Origin: Bigelowiella natans CCMP2755
Taxonomy: Eukaryota; Protista; Cercozoa
DNA: 58,106 bases
Assembly (NCBI GenBank): GCA_000320545.1
Contig: ADNK01000620.1
Span: forward strand, 1-58,106
Reading direction: 5' to 3'
The stretch's first letter is position 1. Each line of letters starts with the position of its first letter. Both the position numbers and the translations under genes were made by a program. Below are positions 10,801 to 25,608 of the stretch, in pieces. The notes under the pieces are model-generated. The model was not told the origin of the DNA and made no database searches. It saw nothing but the letters and a program-made list of their open reading frames with translations.

Positions 10801-13800
10801 GGAAAAGATGCCAAAGATGATGTCGCAGCTTGAGGATATTCGCAACATGCATAAAGTTATGCGTGAATTCTGGCACAAAGTACCAGAGCGGGATCTGATT
10901 CAAAGCTGGAAAATTGGAACTAACTCAGAAAAGGTACTTCTGATGACCAGAGAATGCAAAAGTAATCTCGATCAGTGCTCATCGGAGTTCAAAGCTCAAT
11001 TATCTTCTGAGAAAGAGGACTTCAGCGCGGCTCTAACTCGTTACATGCAAGAAATTGATAAAGTGAAAGAATATGGATGGTGCACTCAAAAAGAGCTCGC
11101 GGAGAGAGCGGGAGAAATCGAGGCATTGAATAGAAAATTGAATGAAGCAAGGGAACTCGTCAAAACATTTGTCATGAGGGAAACGCTCTTTGGTCAGGAA
11201 CCTGGAGAATACGGCGAGCTCGATGATCTACAGCAAGAGCTCACGCCTCATGTGGATCTTTGGTCCACATGCCAGTTATTTCGCGCCAAGCATAACCAGT
11301 GGCTTACCGGCCCATTCAATGAGATTGACGCTAGAGATCTTGAGACGACCGTGCAGACGAATGTCAGAAAGATCATGCGTATTAGGCAAACAATGCTTGG
11401 GCAAGAGCTTCTCCAGCCGGCTGAGGTCGGTGAAAAAATGGCAGCTGAGATGAAGACTTTCCAACGATATGTTCCAGTTGTACTCTGGTTACGCAACCCA
11501 GGCTTAGAACCAAGGCATTGGGCACAGATCGGTGAAGTTCTCGAAATCAAAATCGGGGAGAAAGGTCCCAAAAATCTCGGAGAGATACTCGAGAACGATG
11601 ATATCCTTGAAGAGCGCAAGGCCGATTTGGAAGAGGTATGTTCCAGTGCGGATAAAGAGTACGAACTAAAACGACAATTAAAAGAGATGGAGGATGAGTG
11701 GGAGCCTATTACATTCATTGTAGAGGATTGGAAAGCGACGAAAACATACATTATGAAAGGTTCTGAAGATGTCATTACTCTTCTTGACGACCAGACGCTT
11801 AAAGTGCAAGCTATGCGCGGAAGTCCTTACATCAAACCATTTGAGAAACAATGTCGTTTGTGGGAACGCAGGCTTCGGAACATTAACATGTGCTTACTTG
11901 AATGGCTGAAGTGCCAAGGCACATGGTTATATCTTGAACCGATATTTTCCTCTCCAGATATCCAACAACAGATGAAAAAGGAGTCTCGAATGTTCATGAA
12001 GATCGACCAGTTTTGGCGACGTACGATGGCGACTCTAGAGAAAGAACCAAGGCCAGCTGAATTCTTTGAGCCCGAGCCAAGCCAGCAGATCACCCAGCTC
12101 CACGACACGTTCAAGAAGTCTAATCAGAATCTCGACATAATCCAAAAAGGGCTGAGTCAGTATCTAGAGACAAAGCGATTGGCTTTCCCGCGATTCTATT
12201 TCCTCTCGAACGACGAGCTGTTGTCCATCTTATCTCAGACTAAGAACGTGGAAGCTGTCCAGCCACACATGAACAAATGCTTTGACAACATTAAAAGTCT
12301 GACTTTTGATAATAAGAAAGTCATCCAAGCGATGAATTCAACGGCGGGGGAATCTGTCCCGTTCCCCGCGCCAATAGATCCGAATAAAGGGGCGGCAAAG
12401 GGCAATGTTGAGGTTTGGTTAGGTATGTGTGAAGACCAAATGCGTCACTCATTGAGGGAACTAATGGGAGCTGGCGTGAAAGACTACGCAAAGCCTACGA
12501 GGACTAAGTGGATCGTGTCCAAAATCCAACAGGTCGTGCTAATGGTGGACCAACTCTACTGGACGCAGTACGTAGAAGCGGCAGTCAAGAAGGGCATTCC
12601 TGGGCTTGAAGAATATCTCAAGAGAGCCAACAATGAGCTACTCGAAATCGTAGACTTAGTCCGCGGAAAGCTGGAAAAACGCACTCGTAAATGTCTCGGG
12701 TCACTTACAATCCTCAACGTTCATGGGCGAGATGTCGTGGAGGAAATGATCGAAAATAAAGTCGTCGATGTCAACCAGTTTGAATGGTTAGCGCAGATGC
12801 GATACTATTGGGAAAAAGATGGCGAGGAGGAAGGTGTAATGAAAGTACGCATGATTAATGCAACATTGAATTACGGTTATGAATACTTGGGAAACGCAGG
12901 CCGTCTTGTCATCACGCAACTCACAGACCGTTGTTATCGTACTCTTATGGGTGCTATCCACCTCCATCTCGGAGGCGCCCCAGAGGGCCCTGCAGGAACA
13001 GGAAAAACTGAAACGGTCAAGGACTTGTCGAAATCGCTCGCCATTCAATGTGTAGTTTTCAACTGTTCTGATTCTATCACCGTCGAGTCAATGGCGCGCA
13101 TGTTCAAGGGTTTGGCATCTACTGGGGCATGGGCATGCTTCGATGAATTCAACCGTATTGACATTGAGGTGCTCTCTGTCATTGGTCAGCAGCTTGCTAC
13201 TATTCAGAGGGCCGTTTCTGAAGGAAAGGATGTGTTTGCTTTCGAGGGTGTAGCTGCCTTGCCGCTTAAGCACACTTGCACGCCATTTATTACGATGAAC
13301 CCTGGATATGCTGGTCGTACCGAGCTTCCTGACAATCTTAAGGTTTTGTTCAGAACTGTTGCGATGATGATTCCAGACTATGCGCGGATTGCAGAGATCA
13401 TGCTCTACTCGATGGGTTACGCGGATGCAGTGCCCAACAGTGTCAAACTGGTCGCATGCCTACAGCTCTCCTCTGAGCAGCTTTCCTCGCAATTTCACTA
13501 CGACTTTGGTAAAAATGATTTTTCTTTAAAACATAAAATGCACATGTACAAGTTTGTTCTTCAAATTGCGTATGAAATAACAATCTGGTCAAAAGCACTC
13601 TAAATAATTAAAATGCATGCAAGTGATTTAAAATCTGGTATTACTTTCTTCAGGTATGCGTACGGTGAAGGCGATCCTTGTCGCTGCTGGAAACCTTAAA
13701 CGAAGGCATCCAGAAGCAAGAGAGGACATGTTATGTCTCTCTGCTATTATGGATTGCAATCTTCCAAAATTCACTGTGGAAGATATTCCTTTGTTCATTG

Positions 13801-16800
13801 GTATTACTAAGGACTTATTCCCTGGCATTGAAAGGCAAGAGGGCGACTACAAAGCTTTAACAGAGAAGATTGAAATCGTATGTGAAGAGCGCAATCTGCA
13901 AGCCCGGGAAGGCTTCGTTAATAAAATTATCCAGCTTTACGAAACTGTTATGGTAAGACACGGTCTCATGGTAGTTGGCGACACTTATGCAGGGAAATCA
14001 AGCAACATCAACGTACTGAAGGACGCCATGACGTTGATGGCAGAAGACAAACAGAAGGGATTTCATCCTGTTGACATGATTTGCCTGAACCCTAAATCTA
14101 TCACTTCGGCGCAGCTTTACGGCAGTTACGACAAGCAAACTATGGAGTGGAACGATGGTATCGTCCCCGGTCTTGTGAGGAATTGCGTCGCAGATACACG
14201 AGAAAGAAGGAAATGGATGTGCTTTGACGGGCCTGTAGATGCACTGTGGATTGAAGACATGAATACTGTATTAGATGACAACAAAAAGCTATGTTTGGCC
14301 TCTGGGGAAATTATTAAGTTGTCGGAATGGATGACCATGATGTTTGAGGTTGAAGACCTCTCCGTCGCTTCCCCTGCGACCATATCACGTGTTGGTATGG
14401 TGTACATGGAGCCGGTCCTCCTTGGTTGGCGTCCGCTAGTGCTTTCTTGGCTTAACACCTTGCCAGAAACTATGGATAAACATGTTGAACATATTCTAAA
14501 GCTTTTCGATTGGGCAATACCACCATCTTTGCTTTACTTGAGGAAAGGGTGTAAGATCTTGATACCTACCATTCCAGACATGACATTGGTTGGCACATTG
14601 ATTAAATTAATGGACTGTTTAATTGACGAGTTCAGACCTGAGTATTGGGAAGCCAAGCGTGAGGGTCTTAAGGGAAAAGCGAAGGAGGAGTGTGTTTTCA
14701 GGGAAGATATCAAGCACAAGACTCACATCGAGGGTTGGTTTGTATTTGCACTGACATGGTCGATTGGGACTATTTGTGTGGAAGCATCCAGAGTAGGCTT
14801 TGACCTGTTTCTGCGTAAATTAATCATGGGAGAATTGGAAATTAATGAATTGAAGGAAGGAGAAGAGGACGATGGCCTTCCTCGTTCCTTGGATTTCAGA
14901 GCGAATAAGGAAACAGGTGATATCGACATCCTTATGGACGCAAAATGGAAGGACATGTCAACTGGAAAGAAATTCCCCAAAACCGGGAGTATTTTTGACT
15001 ACCAATGGAGTAGGAAGAAAGGCGATTGGGTTAACTGGATGACAACGATTCCAGATTTTAAAGCCCCAGATATGAAAAAGACACAATTCCACGAGGTAAT
15101 CGTCCCAACAGTTGATACTGTCCGAGCGTCTTGGCTGCTGGAAACACTGATTTATCATCACAAGCACACACTGTTTGTTGGACCAACTGGTACAGGAAAA
15201 TCGGTAGTGATTAACGGAAAATTGCTGAACGAACTCGACAAAGCGACGTGGATCCCGACTATGATGACATTTTCTGCTCGCACGGACGCGAATCAGACAC
15301 AGGACATCATTGACGGAAAACTAGATAGGAGAAAGATGGGCGTCCTCGGCCCTCCAATCGGTAAACATATGGTGGTAGTTGTAGACGATCTCAATATGCC
15401 TGCAAAGGAGGAATACGGTGCTCAACCCCCAATTGAACTCCTTCGCCAATGGATGGACTATGGAGGTTGGTATAATCGGAAAGAAAGAGAATTTATGGAG
15501 CTGCAAGATATACAGTTTGTAGCGGCGATGGGTCCTCCATTAGGAGGTCGAAATCCAATCACAGAGAGATATACAAGGCACTATGCAACGATAGGTCTCG
15601 TCGACTACAACGATCAATCTCTCAAGCGAATTTATAGCACGATTGTTGGTGCGTGGATGAGCACACTGAAGGTGAGTGCTTCCATAGCGAAGCCGTTGGT
15701 CGATGCTACTGTAGATCTCTACTTCAAAGTTAGTTCCGGGCTTCTACCCACACCGTCCAAATCGCATTATACCTTTAATCTTCGCGACATCAGCAAAGTC
15801 TTCCAAGGGATTCTCATGGTGGGGCCTGAAGCCATTAAAGCAACCAAGGACCTTGTGTGCCTATGGACTCATGAAACAAGTCGTGTATTTTGTGACCGTC
15901 TAACAGAAAAGAAGGATATAGATTGGTACGTTAACTTGATGTCTGAAAGCTTAAAAACCCACTTCAAGACTAAGCTCATAGATGTGTATGAAGACATCAA
16001 CATGGAAGACACAAAGGATAAGGGTAAAGAAAAGTTGCTTCTTTATGCCGATTTTGGAGATAATAAAGGCAAAAGGATGTATAAGCAAGTGATGGGACTG
16101 ACCAAATTTAAAGAAATCGTTACCAACCAGCTTGAAGACTATAATTCCATGACAACAAGTGGCAAAATGAACCTTGTTTTATTCAATGCCGCTCTCGAGC
16201 ACGTTGCGCGCATTGCACGAATCCTGAAACTTCCGTTTGGAAATGCATTGTTAGTCGGAGTGGGGGGAAGCGGGAGGCAATCTCTCGCTAAACTTGCATG
16301 CCACATCTGCGACTATACCCTCTTCCAAGTCACGATGACAGCTACTTACGGTATCTGGACAGATCCTGGTTGGAAAACTGACCTCATGCAAGTGATGAGA
16401 ATAGCAGGAATAAAGAATGAACCTGTAGTGTTTTTAATTTCCGACACTCAGATAAAGGATGAACAATTTGTAGAGGACATAAATAACATTTTGAACAATG
16501 GGGAAGTTCCTAACTTGTTCCCTACCGAAGAGTATCAGGCCGTCATTGAAGCATGCATGCAAGACGCACGCAATGCTGGAAAGACAGGGCCAACCGCAAT
16601 TTTCAACTTCTTTATTGAAAGGTGCAAGAAAAACATTCACATGGTGATTGCTCTTTCACCAATTGGTGACTCATTCCGAAATCGGCTTCGCATGTTTCCT
16701 TCTCTCGTCAACTGTACCACCATCGACTGGTTCCATCCTTGGCCCACAGAGGCATTGCAGAGCGTTGCTTCTGTGTTTCTTGATGATGTGGTGTTGGATC

Positions 16801-19800
16801 CAGAAGATACCAAGAATAATGCCCAGTTGCAGAAGTCGATTGTAGAGGTGTGTGTGGATATGCAGGAGCGGGTCCATAATCTCTCTGGTAAGTATCTCAG
16901 AGCTTTGCGCCGTCACAACTACGTCACGCCTACAAGTTATTTGGAGCTGATCAAGACGTTCCAAAAGCTTTTCCAGAAGTCCAGAGACAAGGTAGGTGAG
17001 GAGAAAGCTCGATACGTGAATGGCCTCAACAAACTTGCAGAAACAGAGGAGCAGGTAGGGAAAATGCAAGCTCATCTCAAGTCCCTACAGCCAGGCCTCA
17101 TCAAAGCGAAGGAGGATGTCAAAGTAGCTATTGCAAACATCACAGAATCCAAAAAAGAGGTCGACGCGCAACGGGTAGTGATCTCAGGGGAAGAAAAAAT
17201 TGCAACGGAAAAGGCAAACGCTGCGAAAGCAATCGAGGACAAGTGTACGTCTGAGCTTGCCGTTGCAATGCCTGCTTTGAACAAAGCTCTAGGTGCTCTG
17301 AAAGTCCTGAAGCAAAAAGACTTGACTGAGCTCAAATCCTTTAAAACGGTATCCGATGGGGTGAAGATGTCGATGGAAGGCCTATGCTACATGTTTGAGC
17401 GGAAACCAGACATGGTGGCTCCTGAGCCTGGGAAACCGAAAGTCAAGGATTTCTGGGGTCCAGCAAAGAAGCACTTGCTTGGAGACACCAAACTCCTTGA
17501 CAAGATTCTCAACTATGACAAAGAAAATATGAAAGAAAGTATTATCAAGAAAGTGAGTACCCTGAAGGCAAAACCAGGATACAACCCAGAAAAAATCACG
17601 AAATCCAGTAAACCAGCTGGTATTGTTTGTACATGGGTGTTGGCTATGCACACATTCTACTTCGTCAACAAGAACGTGCTGCCTTTGAAGGAGAGCCTTA
17701 AAGAAGCCCAAGCAGAAGTGTCTGTGCTCATGAAACAACTCAACGAGAAAAAGGCTCAGTTACAGAAAGTCGAGAATGAGCTCGCACAATTACAGAAGCA
17801 ATTCGAAGAGGTTAAACAAAAAGAAGCAGACCTTGTGCAGCAAGCTCAGGAAACTTCTGATCGCCTGGCAAGAGCTAGGGACCTTATAGCGGGATTATCC
17901 GTGATGAAGGACGGTTGGTCCATTAAGGCCAAAGAACTTGATATAGCATTCAAGAATGTGGTGGGAGACGTGATTGTGAGTTCAGGGGTAATGGCGTATC
18001 TCGGTGTCTTCACCATCGACTATAGAAACGAATGTGTGTCTGCATGGAAGAACCTGCTTAAGGAAAAGAGTGTACCATCAAGTGAGAACTACAAGTTGCA
18101 TGTAACCATGGGGGAGCCTGTTGAACTGCAACACTGGCGCGTGATGAAACTTCCAAATGATGATTTCTCGGCTGACAACGCAATCATAGTAACCAAATCT
18201 ACAAGATATGCCCTCTGTATCGATCCCGAAGGCCAGGCAAATAACTGGATAAAGAATCTAGAAGCGAAGAATAAAATGAAAGTCCTCAAGCAAAGTGACA
18301 GCAACTTTGCCAAGGAAATTCCAATGTGCGTGCAATTTGGTACGCCGGTATTAGTAGAGGCAGTGCAAGAGTCTTTGGATCCTCTCTTAGAGCCAATACT
18401 TCTTCATCAAGTCTCAAAATCAGGCACGAGTCTAGTCATCAAGCTCGGAACGGATACTGTCAACTATAATCCAAACTTCAGAATCTACTTCACGACGTCA
18501 CTGAGGAACCCTCACTATCCTCCAGAGGTATCCACCAAAGTCGTTCTTACCAACTTCATGATTACGCAAGAAGGTTTGGCGGACCAAATGACTAACTTCA
18601 TTGTGCAGCATGAGAGGCCGAAGCTTGCTAAGCAGGCAAGCGAACTTGTGGTGAAGATTGCCCAAATGGCTGGCAGCCTTAAAGCGATTGAGGATGAAGT
18701 TCTTAAAATGTTAAGGGAAAGTAAAGGAAATATCTTGGACAACCAAGAACTAGTGGATAAACTGAAAGATTCAAAGGTAAAGAGAGATCATGTCGACAAG
18801 AAGATGAAGGATGCCGAGAAGAAACAGAATTTGGTTGATACAACGAGGAAGCAGTATAGCCCCCTTGCCAACTTTTCGTCCCACTTGTTCTTTTGCATCA
18901 CTTTATTGGCAAATGTTGATCCGATGTATCAAAACTCATTAACATGGTATATGAACGTCTTTGATCGCTCCATGGACCTAGCGGCACAAGATAGTGACAT
19001 TGAGGAAAGAGTTCAGGCCATAGCTGAGACCTTCAAGATACAGCTCTATGAGAATGTGTGTCGTGCCCTCTTTGAAAAGGACAAGCTGCTTTTCTCTTTC
19101 ATGTTATGTCTTAACATAATGGGCCAGGAAGAACGACTTGATCCAGCAGAGCTACGTTTCTTACTTACGGGTGGTATGGTTACGGCAGATAACCCTCCAA
19201 ATCCTGCATCGGCTTGGCTATCATCCAACTCGTGGGGCCAGCTGTGCAATCTGGGAAAGCTGAAGGGATTTGAAAACTTTGTCGAGCAATTTACGGAAAA
19301 TGTGAAGTTCTGGGAGGAGTACTACCAGGACAAGAATCCATTCCAAAAGGAATTGCCAGAAGATCTTCAAGATATTACCATGTTCCAAAAGATGATAATA
19401 TTAAGGTGTTTGCGCCCTGATTGCGTGGTGGACGCCATACAGACCTTCGTTGAGAATGAACCCTCTCTGGGGAAAGAATTTATTGAACCACCATTATTCG
19501 ATCTCGGAAAGTGTTTCGAAGACTCCAGTTCTACGATGCCTCTGGTCTTTATATTATCTGTGGGAGTTGATCCTGCAAAGGACGTCTATGCTCTAGGAAA
19601 GGAGAAGGGATTCGAAGCGCCGGAACGACTTATCGATATCTCTTTAGGACAGGGGCAAGGAATCAAAGCAGAAAGAGCTATATCAAAGGCTGTAGAAGAT
19701 GGAAGTTGGGTTTTGCTTCAGAATTGCCACTTGTGTGTCAGCTGGTTGCCGCGTCTCGAAAAAATCGTACAGGACTTAAATCCAGACACTACTAATAAGG

Positions 19801-21573
19801 ACTTCAGACTGTGGCTCACCTCCATGCCTTCCTCCGACTTTCCAGTCTCTGTTCTGCAAAACGGCGTCAAAATGACCAACGAACCTCCAAAGGGTTTGCG
19901 TGCCAATCTTAAATCCACGTTTGCTGGAATTGATGAGGATTTGTTTGACTCATCTGAGAGGGAGGACAAGACGCAGTTTCAGAAATTGATGTTTGGCTTG
20001 GCTTTTTTCCATGCTCTCGTACAAGAGAGAAGAACTTTCGGCCCATTAGGATGGAATATTCCTTACGGATTCAATGATAGTGATCAAGATATCAGCAGAC
20101 AACAGCTTCAGCAATTGCTTGACGGCTACAAAGATATTCCATTCAAGGCTTTACGGTATCTGATTGGACAACTCAACTACGGAGGACGTGTCACAGACGA
20201 TTGGGATAGAAGACTCATCACGTTCATGTGTGAGGACTTCGTTACAGACAAGATTCTCGTAGACGGCTACCAATTCGAATCGAAAGGAGCTTATAAGGCT
20301 CCTGCAAAGGGAGCAACACTGGATGATTACAATGATTATATAGCAAATCTGCCTTTGGTGGACTGGCCAACAGTGTTCGGATTTGATGACAATGCAATTA
20401 TGATTAAGAACAATAAAGACACTTTGAAGCTTCTTGACACACTACTCGGCTTGCAGCCCAGGACGGGCGGTGGCAGTGGGAAAACGCGGGAAGACGTGAT
20501 TGAGGAGCTTGCTGTTGACATACAGAAACGTATGCCCGAGCTCTTTGAAGTGGAAAGAGCAAAAGTCAAATTTCCTGTTGTGTATAGTGAATCTATGAAC
20601 ACCGTCTTCGTCCAGGAGCTTGTTCGTTTCAACCGATTACTTAGCACAGTGCGGACTTCACTTGTCGAGCTTGTTAAAGCACTTAAAGGACAGGTGCGTG
20701 ATTTCCCAATATAATGACTAACGGTGTATGTGTGTGTGTGTGTGTGTTGTGAAGCTAGATAAAGATATTGTAAACGTGTGTTCTAAGCAAGTATTTCCAA
20801 CACCAGGTTGTAATGTCTACTGAGCTTGAAGCTATGGGAAACAAGATGTTTGACGGTCAAGTGCCAGATAACTGGACGAAAAAATCGTATCCTTCTCTCA
20901 AGCCTCTTGCGGGATGGGTCTCAGATTTCCTCGAGAGATTAAATATGTTCGCAAATTGGATGAAAGGTTTATACTCTCATGTTTTTTCAAAATTTAGTTC
21001 TTGAGTATGCGCGAAACCTGAATTGATTGCGAGAGTGAACAGCGTTGCGACATGCACTGATATTCACTAATTGATATTGCAGGCGGATCTCCCAACGTGT
21101 ATTGGATATCTGGATTCTTCTTCACACAAAGTTTCTTGACTGGGACAAAACAGAATTATGCCCGCAAGTACACCATTCCAATTGATGAAATCGTTTTCGA
21201 TTTCGAGGTGGTTCCTGAAGTTACAAAAGAGCACAAGTCCAAGCCGTCAGATGGTTGCTACATCTATGGTTTATTCCTCGAGGGTGCTAAATGGGGAGAA
21301 AAGGAAAATTGCATTCTTGAGGCTCTCCCAAAGCAGCTATACAGTGTGATGCCAACGATACAAATTAAACCATGTGCCAAGAAAGAGCTGAAACAGGATA
21401 AGATACTCTATAAGTGTCCTGTTTATAAAACGTCTACACGAGCAGGGCAGCTTTCAACTACCGGTCACTCGACGAACTTTGTACTCGCTGTAGATCTTAG
21501 AACACGCAAATCACACCCAGAGAAATTCTGGGTTAGGAGAGGCGTTGCCATGCTAACTCAATTAGATACGTAG
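7849..21573 (+). CDS. DNAH1: Axonemal inner-arm dynein heavy chain, DNAH1-like
   Basis: P-loops AAA1 GPAGTGKT, AAA2 GDTYAGKS, AAA3 GPTGTGKS, AAA4 GVGGSGRQS; RLAFPRFYFLSNDELL linker; C-terminal WISGFFFTQSFLTG...STTGHSTNFV typical of single-headed inner-arm dyneins; DNAH1-like N-terminal LPRLSILFDEDDPKAF. Several small 5' exons from ATG 7849, then exons of about 5 kb (8558-13508) and 7 kb (13654-20693), with two more introns near 20694 and 20967. Confidence 0.93.
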
Positions 21574-22705
21574 TGATGGCAGACAGGGTACTGAACAGAA
21601 TAGTGCGTATAATTTTCTATTTTCCACAAATGATTGTGATGTCATCCAGATTATTGTTTTAACACTATGGCAAGGTCATGTAGCATTGTAGGCAAGCTTT
21701 ACATGGACGTGAGAATGCCACAATCAGTACCAAGCGTACGCGTATAGCATGGCACAATTAATGAACAACCAGCAATGAGACAGCTTGCCCAGCCAAACTA
21801 GGCTGCACATATGCACACACATGCACAGATTAAGATCACATCATGAGAAACAATGCGATCGTGTTGCCATCACTTGCGATGCGCACGTTGTGCTTAGCTT
21901 AGGCGTGCTAGCTTTGGTTCACTCCATCTTGATGTGCGCTCTCATTAGGTGGTAATAACTACTTAGCGACATACATGCATGATGGTGGAGACAAACAAAT
22001 ACGACAAGACGTACTATAAGCACTGCACGCATGTAGCCGCCGCAGCATTCTAGCATTGCGCAAAGCTACATTGTTAGCTAGTTGGGACGACAAATGAAAA
22101 ATGTTAACATGCTTTGCTACATCCGTCTCATGCAGCAGTAGTGGAAGCATGCTTGCAGTGGGTACAGCTAGTCGCATGGCGGCACGCGCAGCTGCTAGGC
22201 GAAAATTTTTGTGCTGCAAAAGCCGCAGCTTTCATTTGACGTTGATTTTGCCCGCTGTTCCCCCCATTAAAATCCCAAATTTGCATGCATGCATGCACGC
22301 CACCATGCTAGCATGTCTAGCATGTAGATGTAGGCACACGCTACATCAACATCATCACCCATACCAACGCTCACTACCACCCCAGTTTCATCCTCAATAA
22401 GTAGAACCCGCCGTCCTTCACCCACGCTAGCCACGCACGATCAACGACACATCTCACGTCCAGACCGTTACGGTCTTGGAAACCCCGAGTGGGCACCCTA
22501 GTGCCCCATCGTGCGTCTATACATGGGTACTGACAATTTTTAAGCATTTAATCATGAATGCAAGCGCACGCATACACGCGCCCATGCATGCCTCTAAGAT
22601 GCTCTCGCGATTTGGAGCATGATTCTTAAAAAAAAAATAACGAATCTGACACTGCTGTTTAGCTTGGTACGTTGATGGTGTGGTGCTGGATCCTAAACAG
22701 TTCAA

Positions 22706-25166
<2,461 letters not shown>

Positions 25167-25608
25167 GGAAACGATATCCTTAGGTCTCCGTAAATCCGCT
25201 TCGCTCTGAGCAGTCGTACGGAAGAAGAAGACAAAGAAGAAGACAAAGAAGAAGAAGAAGATGAAGAAGAAAAACAGCTTTAGTACATTCACTATTACGC
25301 AAGCAACTTACCCTCTTATAATAAGGGGGAAGGAGATTAGAGTGATAATGACGCAGCGACGACGATGACAACAACAACCACCATGTTGCTTGCTTTCGAC
25401 GATGATCAGTTTGGCGGGGAGGAGTGATGGATGGATGGATTGTTGTCAATGTTGATAAAGCGACAAGTATTTCCCGTTGTCGTCTCTCTAAAACGAATGC
25501 GATTTAACGTCATTTTTTCTTGGATTTATATCCTCGACAGAAGCCTCCACTTACCCCTACACGCTTTCTAGCTTTTCTGGACTTAGTGAGGAAATTGATC
25601 TTTAAATT

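Noticed and set aside
13509-13653. Dynein split into two genes or frameshifted
   Set aside because: An ordinary GT-AG intron restores HYDFG-MR
8500-20647. Antisense and alternative-frame ORFs within dynein, the E1-like gene and the coiled-coil gene
   Set aside because: Shadow ORFs of long coding exons
22433-22516. tRNA-Sec, RNase MRP, hammerhead or TPP riboswitch identity for the multi-stem element
   Set aside because: Lacks a UCA anticodon and T-loop, the MRP GARAR loop and CR-V, the CUGANGA core and the CUGAGA motif
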